Positions 9,073 to 17,876 of a DNA stretch of 41,525 bases are shown here, piece after piece. The notes beneath the pieces were generated by a model, which made no database searches, was not told the origin of the DNA, and saw only the letters and a list, made by a program, of their open reading frames with translations. Position 1 is the first letter of the stretch. Every line of letters begins with the position of its first letter. This stretch comes from a virus (lineage: Duplodnaviria; Caudoviricetes): positions 1 to 41,525 of the IMG/VR virus record IMGVR_UViG_3300044267_000733. One strand, given 5' to 3'. Made by a program: the position numbers and the translations under genes.

Positions 9073-9084
9073 AAGGTTAATATA
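9073..9084 (+). promoter_or_regulatory. Candidate late promoter AAGGTTAATATA
   Basis: Identical 12-mer before the tail tube gene (12826-12837); near copy before the tape measure gene. Confidence 0.5.
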
Positions 9085-9088
9085 TAAA

Positions 9089-9129
9089 TAACAATTCAAA
9101 GCTGCGCTGAGAATGTTAGGGCTGCGCCC
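9089..9129 (+). promoter_or_regulatory. Tandem C-TGC-G hairpins in the MCP leader
   Basis: AGC-TGC-GCT (extendable with ATTC/GAAT and TAAC/GTTA) and GGGC-TGC-GCCC. Confidence 0.5.
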
Positions 9130-9161
9130 ATACTGCTAAACAATTTTTATAGGAGTTATCT

Positions 9162-10184
9162 ATGGCGGTTTTACGCTCAGATATTATAATTCCTGAAATT
9201 TTTACGCCATACGTTATCGAACAGACAACACTTCGCGATGCTTTCTTGGCTAGCGGTGTGGTTCAACCCTTGGCGGAGCTTAATGCGACAGAAGGTGGGG
9301 ATTTCGTTAAGATCCCATTTTATTCTGCAAATCTTTCAGGCGATTTTGAAGTTCTTTCCGATTCTTCATCATTAACACCAAGCAAAATTTCTACCGATCA
9401 ACAGATTGGGGTTGTGCTTCATCGCGGTAAAGCATATGAAGCGCGTGACTTAGCTGCTTTAGCCGCGGGTTCTGATCCTATGGCTGCGATTGGGCAGAAA
9501 ATTGGTGCTTATATAGCGAACCAAAGACAGAAGGATTTATTCTCTTGTCTTTCAGGTGTGTTTGGTTCAATCAATGCAAACGATAGCAATTCAGCTTTCT
9601 TTGGATTAACAGTTGACTCCGAATCAGGCGATAGCCCAACAGCGCTTTCACCTCGTCATATTGCTAGAGCAAGATCAATCCTTGGAGATCAAGGCGATAA
9701 GTTAACAGCTATCGCAATGCACAGCAAAGTTTATTATGACTTGATAGAAAGAAACGCTATTGATCGTATTTACGATAACAATGGTAATGCTGATGCAAGT
9801 GCTACTTCTGGTACAACTGCAAATGCTTTCGGTAGTCCTTCAGTTCCTACATTTATGGGGCTAAGAGTTATCGTTTCTGATGATGTACCAACAACAGGTT
9901 CAGGCGCTTCTACTGAATATTCAACATATGCCTTCACAGCGGGTTCTGTTGCTTCAGGTGAGCAAGCTGGACTGACTACAGAAACAGACCGCGACATTCT
10001 CGCAAAGTCTGATGCTATGTCAATTGACTTACATTACACATATCATCCTGTTGGTTCTAAGTGGGCTGTAACAACTACAAACCCAACAAGAGCGCAACTT
10101 GAAACAGTGGGCAACTGGTCGAAGGTCTACGAAACAAAGAACATTGGTATCGTAAGGATCACCAACGTATCTAATCAAGACTAG
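9162..10184 (+). CDS. Major capsid protein
   Basis: IIPEIFTPY, DLAALAAGSDPMAAIG, MHSKVY, GLRVIVSDD and ETDRDIL motifs; AGGAG SD. Confidence 0.93.
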   Translation: MAVLRSDIIIPEIFTPYVIEQTTLRDAFLASGVVQPLAELNATEGGDFVKIPFYSANLSGDFEVLSDSSSLTPSKISTDQQIGVVLHRGKAYEARDLAALAAGSDPMAAIGQKIGAYIANQRQKDLFSCLSGVFGSINANDSNSAFFGLTVDSESGDSPTALSPRHIARARSILGDQGDKLTAIAMHSKVYYDLIERNAIDRIYDNNGNADASATSGTTANAFGSPSVPTFMGLRVIVSDDVPTTGSGASTEYSTYAFTAGSVASGEQAGLTTETDRDILAKSDAMSIDLHYTYHPVGSKWAVTTTNPTRAQLETVGNWSKVYETKNIGIVRITNVSNQD

Positions 10185-10196
10185 AGGTAATTTATT

Positions 10197-10559
10197 ATGC
10201 CATCACAATTTGAAGCGGTTGCGGGTTCTGCACTTGGTTATTCTGACGATGACACAGGTTCAGTTACGCAAGCTACAAACAAGGGAACAGGAGTTACCCT
10301 TAATAAGCCATCAGGTGTAATTACAATGAACGATGCGGCGCTTGGCGCTGCGGCAGAAGTTTCTTTTGCTGTTACAAACTCAACTTGTACTGCAAGCGAC
10401 AACATCATTGTTAATCACGCAAGCGGCGGTACAGCGGGTTCATACCTAGCTCAAGCAAATACAATCGCTGCGGGTTCTTTTGCAATCACAGTAACAAATG
10501 TTTCTGGCGGTTCATTAAGTGAAGCCATTGTTCTTAATTACAAAATAATTAAGGGTTAA
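10197..10559 (+). CDS. Capsid decoration/minor virion protein (putative)
   Basis: A/S/T/G-rich beta protein directly after MCP. Confidence 0.65.
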   Translation: MPSQFEAVAGSALGYSDDDTGSVTQATNKGTGVTLNKPSGVITMNDAALGAAAEVSFAVTNSTCTASDNIIVNHASGGTAGSYLAQANTIAAGSFAITVTNVSGGSLSEAIVLNYKIIKG

Positions 10560-10712
10560 ATGGGATTGTTTGCTTTTAAGCGAATAAAGGAAAAAGAAGC
10601 TGCCGTTGCGGTGGCTTCTATTCCTACTAAGACAAAAAAACGTAAATCTAAATCTAAGGTCGAAAATGGCGGTCACAATAGTCGCAACAGCAGGGAGCGC
10701 AACAGCAAATAG
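10560..10712 (+). CDS. 50-aa basic hypothetical protein (MGLFAFKRIKEKEAA...)
   Basis: ATG abuts the upstream stop and fills the gap; not in the ORF track. Confidence 0.65.
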   Translation: MGLFAFKRIKEKEAAVAVASIPTKTKKRKSKSKVENGGHNSRNSRERNSK

Positions 10713-11226
10713 TTATTTGACGTTGACAGACGCAAACGCAATCATTGAAGGTCTTATTGAAGACGATGATGTAACAGCGTGGTCTTCTGCAACTGATGAC
10801 GCCAAAAACCGTGCATTATTTACCGCAACCATCAGAATTGATCGAGAACGCTTTTTAGGGGCGCGGGCTACAGATACGCAGGCTTTGCAATGGCCGCGAA
10901 CAGGAGTCAGAAAACCAGACACTTATGTAAATACTTATGCTGTTGGATTTCCTTTTCGTATAACAACAGACTATTTTACAGATACAGAAATTCCAGATCA
11001 AGTGAAAAAAGCACAGGCAATATTAGCTGTTTATTTGAATAATAATAAAGATGGATTAGGATTAAGTGGACTAGAAGATTTTTTAAATGTTCAAGTTGGG
11101 TCTATAAATGTAACCCCTAATTTTTATGGGTCAACTGGCGCTGATCGCGTTCCGCCATTATTTGAACGCTATTTTACAGGCTTACGAATCAGTGGGCCTA
11201 ATAACATTGCAATTAAAAGGAGCTAA
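10666..11226 (+). CDS. Head-tail adaptor (often labelled DnaT-like)
   Basis: ANSY.TL..A, QALQWPR and IP.QVK.AQ..LA motifs; ATG 10666 preferred over TTG 10606. Confidence 0.8.
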   Translation: MAVTIVATAGSATANSYLTLTDANAIIEGLIEDDDVTAWSSATDDAKNRALFTATIRIDRERFLGARATDTQALQWPRTGVRKPDTYVNTYAVGFPFRITTDYFTDTEIPDQVKKAQAILAVYLNNNKDGLGLSGLEDFLNVQVGSINVTPNFYGSTGADRVPPLFERYFTGLRISGPNNIAIKRS

Positions 11227-11232
11227 TTTTTT

Positions 11233-11469
11233 ATGTACAACGCAGACCCAGATTACACACTTGGCGGAGAGTTAATTACAGACACAGCCGCACATACAGG
11301 AAGATTTAAAAGTATTTTTTTCAAAGAAGATACACAGATCAACACGGCTTTGCATAATTATTCAGGAAATTCAATTGATTCTGAAACTTTTCTTGCGGGT
11401 CAAACTATTTATGGAGTTTTCACAAGTATCACTTTAACAAGTGGCGCTTGCATCGCTTATAGAATCTAA
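11233..11469 (+). CDS. Small virion-associated hypothetical protein
   Basis: Ends G.FTSITLTSG..IAY; coupled to the next gene. Confidence 0.75.
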   Translation: MYNADPDYTLGGELITDTAAHTGRFKSIFFKEDTQINTALHNYSGNSIDSETFLAGQTIYGVFTSITLTSGACIAYRI

Positions 11470-11819
11470 TGGGTTTATCTTCAGCTTTAAAAAAAGTTTT
11501 AACAAATAAAAAGCTTTCTGCTGATATTACTTTTAGATCAGTGGTTGCAGGCTCATACAATAAGACTACGGGAGTTGTTGGCGAAACAATCACAGACACA
11601 TCTATAAGGGGTGTTATTGAAGAAATAAATGCGCGTGAAGTAAATCAACTAATTAAGGCATCTGATAAAAAAATACAGATCGCAGCAGCAAGTTTATCTT
11701 CTACACCAACAACAAAAGACAAAATTAAAGAAGGTTCAGTAACTTATTCAATAATAAGGGTGGAAACTAATCAATTTGCAAATGAAAAATTAAACTTCAT
11801 TTGTTATTTAAGAAAATGA
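11469..11819 (+). CDS. Head closure/stopper protein (putative)
   Basis: YN..TG and P.TKD.I....Y.II.V patterns; synteny. Confidence 0.7.
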   Translation: MGLSSALKKVLTNKKLSADITFRSVVAGSYNKTTGVVGETITDTSIRGVIEEINAREVNQLIKASDKKIQIAAASLSSTPTTKDKIKEGSVTYSIIRVETNQFANEKLNFICYLRK

Positions 11820-12268
11820 GAAAAATAAGAATTGATGAAATTGGAGATTATTCAGAAGAACAAATTAACACTTTGTTGTCGGTTGCTGTTTTGACGGGAG
11901 ATCGTATTGTTAAAGAAGGCTCGCCTGTTGACTCAGGAAGGCTTGCTGTTTCTTGGCAGATAGGAGAAAACGCAGAAAGCGGCGCACCAGCTTCAGAAGG
12001 TAAATACGGCGAGGCTGGTAAAGGTACAGTAATAAGACCTCCGAAACCTTTAAATTATCAATTAGGAAAAGAAAACTTTAGAAAAAAATATCATATACAT
12101 AATAATGTCCCATACGCTGAACCTGTTATGTTTGGAACAAGTTTACCTCCATCTTGGGGTGGTACATATAGAAGTTTGAAAGGACTTAAGGCAAAACATC
12201 TTGATCTGTTGGCAAAAGAACTTGCAAACGAAATTCAAGATTTGTACAAACAAATAAGGGGTAAATGA
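11816..12268 (+). CDS. HK97 gp10-like neck/tail completion protein
   Basis: SPVDSGRL..SW and NNVPYA motifs. Confidence 0.82.
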   Translation: MRKIRIDEIGDYSEEQINTLLSVAVLTGDRIVKEGSPVDSGRLAVSWQIGENAESGAPASEGKYGEAGKGTVIRPPKPLNYQLGKENFRKKYHIHNNVPYAEPVMFGTSLPPSWGGTYRSLKGLKAKHLDLLAKELANEIQDLYKQIRGK

Positions 12269-12690
12269 TGGCCGCAGTAGACTTAAATACAGTACGATCA
12301 ACAATTGAATCAAGAGTAATCACAGAGCTTTCTCTTGTCCCTCCTATCTCTGTCATATTTAATAATATGTTTTTTGATAGTGATACTGCTACAACTTTTG
12401 TGCAATGTCTCACAAGTTTTGGTGAAAATAATTATTTAACATTAGGAAGTGCCAGCGGTGTTAATAGAATAAGTGGTATTGTTGTTTTTAATATTTTTAC
12501 ACCTCAAGGGATTGGGGCTGGAGATAACTATAAAATAGGAAAAAGGTTGCGTGATTTATTTAATAGAATTACAGTTTCAAATGTAATCTTTGATAGCCCA
12601 ATAGGGCCAGAGGTTATAAATAATCCTATCCCTGAAGGTCAATTTCAAACGCAATTACGCATGACCTTTGAAATTTTTGAGGAACTTTAA
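12265..12690 (+). CDS. Tail terminator-like protein
   Basis: G.V.FNIFTP.G.G motif; synteny before the tail tube. Confidence 0.75.
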   Translation: MMAAVDLNTVRSTIESRVITELSLVPPISVIFNNMFFDSDTATTFVQCLTSFGENNYLTLGSASGVNRISGIVVFNIFTPQGIGAGDNYKIGKRLRDLFNRITVSNVIFDSPIGPEVINNPIPEGQFQTQLRMTFEIFEEL

Positions 12691-12833
12691 TGGAAATTAC
12701 AGAAAAAATGCTTGATGCAATTGAAGCTGTGAAAGGTCGCCGTGACCCTGCTTATTGGGATGGTCGTTGTAAGCGATATATGGAAACACAAGAAAAATTA
12801 AAAAAAGATGTGAAAAAACCTAAAAAAGGTTAA
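12690..12833 (+). CDS. 47-aa hypothetical protein (MEITEKMLDAIEAVKGRRDPAYWDGRC...)
   Basis: TAATG coupling; fills the gap; not in the ORF track. Confidence 0.75.
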   Translation: MEITEKMLDAIEAVKGRRDPAYWDGRCKRYMETQEKLKKDVKKPKKG

Positions 12834-12858
12834 TATAAAATAAATACTTCTTTTTGTT

Positions 12859-13278
12859 ATGGCTATCAAGGGTGATGTCGGTAAAATTATGTTTGAAAAT
12901 GCGGGCGGCACCGAAGCTGACGTTGGGCAAACAAGATCATGGTCTTTGTCTATAACAAAGGACACGATGGAAACAACAAAACAAGGCGATACTTTTAAAA
13001 CAAATATCGGTGGTTTGATAGCGGGAGAAGGTTCAGCGGAACTTCTTTATAATCCATCAGAAACAGGTGCAGGCTATACAACATTTATTGATGATGTTTT
13101 AACTACAGGCGATAATGCTGATGCTTTATTTGAATTATTTCCTGATAAAGATACATCTGCAAAAAAAATTAGCTTTGCGGGGATTATCACAAACGCTGAA
13201 TATGGCGCAACACTTGGCGAAGTTCAAATAATAAATATCAGTTTTATAACAAGCGGTACTATAACAAGCGAAATCTGA
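12859..13278 (+). CDS. Major tail tube protein
   Basis: SWSLSITKDT.ETT..GD..K..I.GL..G.GS pattern. Confidence 0.85.
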   Translation: MAIKGDVGKIMFENAGGTEADVGQTRSWSLSITKDTMETTKQGDTFKTNIGGLIAGEGSAELLYNPSETGAGYTTFIDDVLTTGDNADALFELFPDKDTSAKKISFAGIITNAEYGATLGEVQIINISFITSGTITSEI

Positions 13279-13310
13279 TACATTGAGTTTATTAGTCAAC
13301 TAATCAACCA

Positions 13311-13661
13311 ATGCCAAACAAAAGAACTATTGACCTGTTAACTGAATCTTATAAAGATCAGATGACAGCCAGAAGAAAATATGAATTTAAAAATAAAAAC
13401 GGAGAAAAAATTGTTGATCTATTTTTTAAACCTTTGACAAGGGATGATCGTGTTCGCGCACAATCGGCGGCAAATACAGATGATGCTTTGACAATATCAA
13501 CTTATCTTCTCTGTAAAAATGCAGAATTAGAAGATGGGTCAAAAGCATTTGCACCCGCTGACGCGCCAAACCTACAAAGAGAACTTCCAGAAAATGTATT
13601 GAACGAAATCGAACTTTTTATGTTTGATATTCAATTAAATGTTGATACAGCAAAAAAATAA
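13311..13661 (+). CDS. Tail assembly chaperone (gpG-like)
   Basis: Lies between tube and tape measure genes; ends GCA AAA AAA TAA. Confidence 0.85.
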   Translation: MPNKRTIDLLTESYKDQMTARRKYEFKNKNGEKIVDLFFKPLTRDDRVRAQSAANTDDALTISTYLLCKNAELEDGSKAFAPADAPNLQRELPENVLNEIELFMFDIQLNVDTAKK

Positions 13662-13840
13662 TATCGCGAGATAATTGGATAAATTTTGAATTTTTTCTCG
13701 CAACAGAATTAGGTAAAACTATTCAAGAATTACGTTCTTTGATCACAGAAGAAGAACTTATATATTGGGCTGGCTATTATGAAGTTAAGAATGAAAGAGA
13801 AAAAAGAGAAATAAATCGTCAAAGAGCAAATAGAGGGTAA
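13652..13840 (+). CDS. gpT-like extension reached by -1 frameshift
   Basis: Slippery A AAA AAA at 13652-13658; -1 frame reads ...FFLATELGKTIQEL...EELIYWAGYY... Confidence 0.85.
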   Translation, partial: KKIISRDNWINFEFFLATELGKTIQELRSLITEEELIYWAGYYEVKNEREKREINRQRANRG

Positions 13841-13866
13841 TATATAAGAAAAGGTTTTGTTAATTT

Positions 13867-15951
13867 GTGGCACAGGCTAATGTAAAACTTACAGTTGATG
13901 CTTCACAAGCCACAAGAGCATTAAAAGGCGTACAGGCGCAATCAACGGGGTTACAGAATAATTTAGGCAAACTTAAGGCTGCATTTGCGGGTGTTGCTTT
14001 CACGGCTGTTGCAAGACAAGCTGTTAATACGGCTTCAAATTTTCAGGCTTTACAATTAAGAATGAAAGTTTTGACGTCAGAATTTGGTGAATTTGCAGGG
14101 GCGCAAGAATTAGTCGCAAAGGCGCAAGACAGGTTTAATTTATCAATAGTTGAAGCTACAAAAGGTGTAACAGATATTTTTGCGAGATTAAGGCCGCTTG
14201 GTATTTCCTTAAAAGATATTGAAACTACTTTTATCGGTTTTAACACGATTGCAAAATTAGCTGGATTAAATGCAACAGAAGCAAGTGCAGCGTTTACACA
14301 GCTTGCACAGGGTTTAGGTTCTGGGCGTCTACAAGGGGATGAATTTAGAAGTATCGCAGAACAGGTTCCGCAACTATTAAAAGCCATATCAGACGAAACT
14401 GGCATTGCTTCAGGTAAGTTAAAAGATTTTGCGTCAAAAGGATTGCTTAAATCTGACATCATTTTGAGAGCCTTGGCAAAATCAGCGGATGAAGGCGCAG
14501 ACAAAATTGGCGCGATCATGGATGCTTCGCCTGCCGAAACATTCAAAGCATTTAATAATGCTGTTCTTGAACTTCAGTTAACACTTGGCGATAAATTATT
14601 ACCCGTAGTTCTAAAAGCAACTAAAGGTTTGACAGAATTGGTTGAAGGAGTCGTCAGCTTTGTTGATAGCGAAGCGGGAACAGTTACATTTACATTTATT
14701 GGAATTGCGGCGGCTATAAAAGGAATCGCAGTTGTTGTTCCAATAGTAGGCGCACAAATAGCGGCATTAAAAGCGGGATTTATTGGAATAACTGTAGCGT
14801 CAAAAATTGGGCTTGGAAGTCTTGTCGCTTATAAAGCCACACTTGCGGCAACTTCAGCGGGATTTGCTACAGCTACCGCTGCGGCTACCGCATTTAAAAT
14901 TGCTATTGCAAAAACTGGAATTGGTTTATTAGTGATTGGACTTGGGTTTGTCGCCGCCGCTTTGATGAAAGCAAATGCAGAACAAAAACAATTTAACGAT
15001 CTTTTAGAATTTGGAAGCGCGGCAGAAATAACTAGAAATATTGAAGAAGCTGAAGCAAAAGTTAAAGAATTACAAAAAGCGCTTGAAGATGCTAGAAGAA
15101 TGGGCGGTCATAAAGGTAGAACAACAAGAAAAGGTTTAGCGGGTGATATTCAAAAAGCAAAAGAGGAAGTTGACAAATTAAAACTTAGTTTAGAAGATGC
15201 AAAATTAAGAGATTTAAGCAAAGAATTTGAAATGATAAAGAAAAATTTGACGGATTCAAATGCTTCTTTGGAAAAAAATAATAAAATATCAAAAGAATTA
15301 ACAGAAGAAGCAAAAATAAGAAAAGAGCATGAATTAGCGATTGCAGACCTTGAAAAAAAATTTGAAGGGAAAGAATTAGAAGAACTTAAAATTTTACAAG
15401 AACAAAATTTACAGCACAAACTTAAAGGTGAACAAATTAAAAAAAATGCAGAAGAAGCCAAAAAATTAAAAGATACATTTAAAGAAGTTGGTGACGCAAT
15501 AGAATCGAATATTAAAAATAATTTAAAGGATGCTATTACAGGTGCGCAATCGTTTGGGGACGCAATGAGTAATGTTCTTAATTCAATAAGAGATAAAATA
15601 ATAGATATTGCTTTAGAAAGTGCGTTAGGTGGTATTGGTGATAGTATCGGTGGATTTATTGGAAAAATATTTAAAAGGGAAAGAGGTGGGCCAGTTACGG
15701 CAGGCGGTACTTTTTTAGTAGGTGAAAAAGGCCCAGAAATTTTACAGATGGGAGCAAGGGGTGGCACAGTAATTCCAAATAGTAAAATAGGAGGTGAATC
15801 TGTTACTAATAACATTGTTGTAAATGTTGATGCCACTGGTACAGCCGTTCAAGGCGATGATGCTAATGCTAACCAGTTTGGAGAACAGCTTGCAGCTGCA
15901 ATACAAGCTGAGATAATAAACCAAAAACGATCTGGAGGTTTATTAAGCTAA
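13867..15951 (+). CDS. Tape measure protein
   Basis: QLAQGLGSGRLQGDEFRSIAEQ tape-measure domain; C-terminal GGPV....LVGEKGPE. Confidence 0.93.
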   Translation: MAQANVKLTVDASQATRALKGVQAQSTGLQNNLGKLKAAFAGVAFTAVARQAVNTASNFQALQLRMKVLTSEFGEFAGAQELVAKAQDRFNLSIVEATKGVTDIFARLRPLGISLKDIETTFIGFNTIAKLAGLNATEASAAFTQLAQGLGSGRLQGDEFRSIAEQVPQLLKAISDETGIASGKLKDFASKGLLKSDIILRALAKSADEGADKIGAIMDASPAETFKAFNNAVLELQLTLGDKLLPVVLKATKGLTELVEGVVSFVDSEAGTVTFTFIGIAAAIKGIAVVVPIVGAQIAALKAGFIGITVASKIGLGSLVAYKATLAATSAGFATATAAATAFKIAIAKTGIGLLVIGLGFVAAALMKANAEQKQFNDLLEFGSAAEITRNIEEAEAKVKELQKALEDARRMGGHKGRTTRKGLAGDIQKAKEEVDKLKLSLEDAKLRDLSKEFEMIKKNLTDSNASLEKNNKISKELTEEAKIRKEHELAIADLEKKFEGKELEELKILQEQNLQHKLKGEQIKKNAEEAKKLKDTFKEVGDAIESNIKNNLKDAITGAQSFGDAMSNVLNSIRDKIIDIALESALGGIGDSIGGFIGKIFKRERGGPVTAGGTFLVGEKGPEILQMGARGGTVIPNSKIGGESVTNNIVVNVDATGTAVQGDDANANQFGEQLAAAIQAEIINQKRSGGLLS

Positions 15952-16295
15952 TGTCTAACCCTTTCGATAATTTAAAGCCTGTTTATAATACTAGGATTGA
16001 TGCAAAACCTAAAGTAAATATTTTGAGCTTTGGTGATGGGTTTGAACAACGGTTAACGGAGGGGCTTAATCAAAATCCTTTATCTGTTAATTTAGTTTTT
16101 GAACTTTCGCAAACTGATGCAACATCAGCAATAGGTTTTTTAAATGACAGAGTAGAAGATGGTGCATCTTTTAATTTTACATTGCCTAGTGAAACATCTT
16201 CTAGAAAATTTGTTTGTACTTCTTTTCCAAGAACAATTCCATTTCTTAATAGAGTAAGATTAAGCTGTGTATTTAGAGAGGTGTTTGAGGCGTAA
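15951..16295 (+). CDS. Lambda gpM-like distal tail protein
   Basis: FGDGFEQR...GLN motif; ends F.EVFE. Confidence 0.9.
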   Translation: MSNPFDNLKPVYNTRIDAKPKVNILSFGDGFEQRLTEGLNQNPLSVNLVFELSQTDATSAIGFLNDRVEDGASFNFTLPSETSSRKFVCTSFPRTIPFLNRVRLSCVFREVFEA

Positions 16296-16933
16296 TGGCT
16301 ATCCCTTTTGCTGAACTAAATAAAATAAACCCAAGTTCTATCATTGAACTTTTTGAATTAGAGCTTACTGTTAATACACATATTGCAAAAAACAACCCAC
16401 AAAATTTGCCTACTGTTTACAGGTTTCATGCTGGTGCAAATCTTAATTCTTTTGGTGAAATAATATTTCAATCAAATTCGTATCAAAGGGTAGCAGTACA
16501 GACCCAAGGTTTTGAAAAGAACAGCACTGGAGTTATTGCAAGGCCAACAATTACATTTTCAAATTTAGGCGGTATTGTACAAAATCCAGCAACAGGTCTT
16601 CTCATTACTATGAGTGATTTTTTACAACTAGTAAATCAAGTTACTCCTCATAATGATTTAATAGGTGCAAAACTTACAAGAAAAATGCCACTTGCCTCTG
16701 CTTTAGATAATGATAATTTTCTTCCCATTAATAATAATCCCCCTGTAAATCCATTTGGCACTCCTAGTGCAGATAGATTGCGTGATGAGATATTTGTTAT
16801 TGATAGAAAAGCAATTGAAAATAGACAGATTGTTCAGTTTGAACTTACAGCAGCCCATGATTTAGAAAATCGGTTAATACCTCAGAGAACCGTGACAAGA
16901 GACTTATTCCCTGCTGTAGGTACATTTGTCTAA
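16295..16933 (+). CDS. Lambda gpL-like minor tail protein (short form)
   Basis: IELFEL, RPTITFSN, IDRK..EN...VQFEL and IPQR motifs; no Cys-rich C-terminal domain. Confidence 0.88.
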   Translation: MAIPFAELNKINPSSIIELFELELTVNTHIAKNNPQNLPTVYRFHAGANLNSFGEIIFQSNSYQRVAVQTQGFEKNSTGVIARPTITFSNLGGIVQNPATGLLITMSDFLQLVNQVTPHNDLIGAKLTRKMPLASALDNDNFLPINNNPPVNPFGTPSADRLRDEIFVIDRKAIENRQIVQFELTAAHDLENRLIPQRTVTRDLFPAVGTFV

Positions 16934-17280
16934 TGATTAAATATAAATGGGCTACAGATGCTTTTAACCATGCCACAGAGGTATATCCAGAAGAATGTTG
17001 TGGACTTATTATTGATCTTGATGGTGTTCAAACATATTGGAAATGTAAAAATATATCTGGAACATATAAAGAAAAATCATTTGTTATAGATCCTTTGGAT
17101 TATGCAAACGGAGAAGATCAGGGAGAAGTCCTTGGTATAGTACACAGCCACCCTGACGGAGATTTAGCTTTTAGCCATACTGATAGAATGGCCTGTAAGT
17201 ATTTAGATTTACCTTTTTATCTTGTTGAACCTAAATCAGAGTCTATTATTGTTGTATATCCATCTGAAATAAATGATTAA
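16933..17280 (+). CDS. Lambda gpK-like JAB/MPN tail assembly protein, without NlpC/P60 domain
   Basis: PEECCGLI and VHSHP.....S..D motifs. Confidence 0.88.
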   Translation: MIKYKWATDAFNHATEVYPEECCGLIIDLDGVQTYWKCKNISGTYKEKSFVIDPLDYANGEDQGEVLGIVHSHPDGDLAFSHTDRMACKYLDLPFYLVEPKSESIIVVYPSEIND

Positions 17281-17860
17281 ATTAACTATTTATGGCAGAT
17301 TAAGAAAATTTGTTGGTCAGTCTAGTTTTGAGATAAACGCTGACAGCCCTAAAAAAGCATTTAGTTTTCTTATTAATAATTTTAAAGGTGTAAAAGAACA
17401 TATAAAAGATCAGGAATATTGTATTATGGCTGGTGATCTAAGAGTTACTGAAGAATTACTTGATATGTATACGGAGAGTGATATTAAAATTATACCTGTA
17501 GTTCATGGCGAGATTATACCAATTTTATTTGGTATAGGTGCGTTAGCTGCTCAAAGTGCCTTAACCGCAGCATTTACGGCTACTGTTTTAGGTGGTATTA
17601 TTTCAACTGGTTTAACTATTATTGGAACAAATTTATTAATTACTGGTATTACTGATTTATTAACACCCGATCCAGTAAACCCTAACGCAAGAAGGCAAGA
17701 AGATCCACAAGACACAAGCTATGTTTTTACTGGGTTATTAAATAATACAAAGCAGGGTGTTCCAATTAATATTGTTTATGGCGAAGTTTTAGTAGGTAGC
17801 ACCGTTGTTAGTGCCTCTGTAGACAGTGTACAGGCCACTTATACTTTGCCTCAAGGTTAA
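17273..17860 (+). CDS. Lambda gpI-like tail assembly protein
   Basis: YG.L..F.G, I.IIPV..G and QG.P..I.YGE..VGS motifs. Confidence 0.9.
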   Translation: MIKLTIYGRLRKFVGQSSFEINADSPKKAFSFLINNFKGVKEHIKDQEYCIMAGDLRVTEELLDMYTESDIKIIPVVHGEIIPILFGIGALAAQSALTAAFTATVLGGIISTGLTIIGTNLLITGITDLLTPDPVNPNARRQEDPQDTSYVFTGLLNNTKQGVPINIVYGEVLVGSTVVSASVDSVQATYTLPQG

Positions 17861-17876
17861 ATTGGAGAATAATTAA

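Noticed and set aside
10666-11226. DnaT replication protein
   Set aside because: Its position between MCP and stopper indicates a head-tail adaptor despite the common family label.
14043-15836. Long antisense ORFs (167 and 228 aa), and similar ones within other genes
   Set aside because: Shadow frames of well-supported genes, with no motifs or expression signals.
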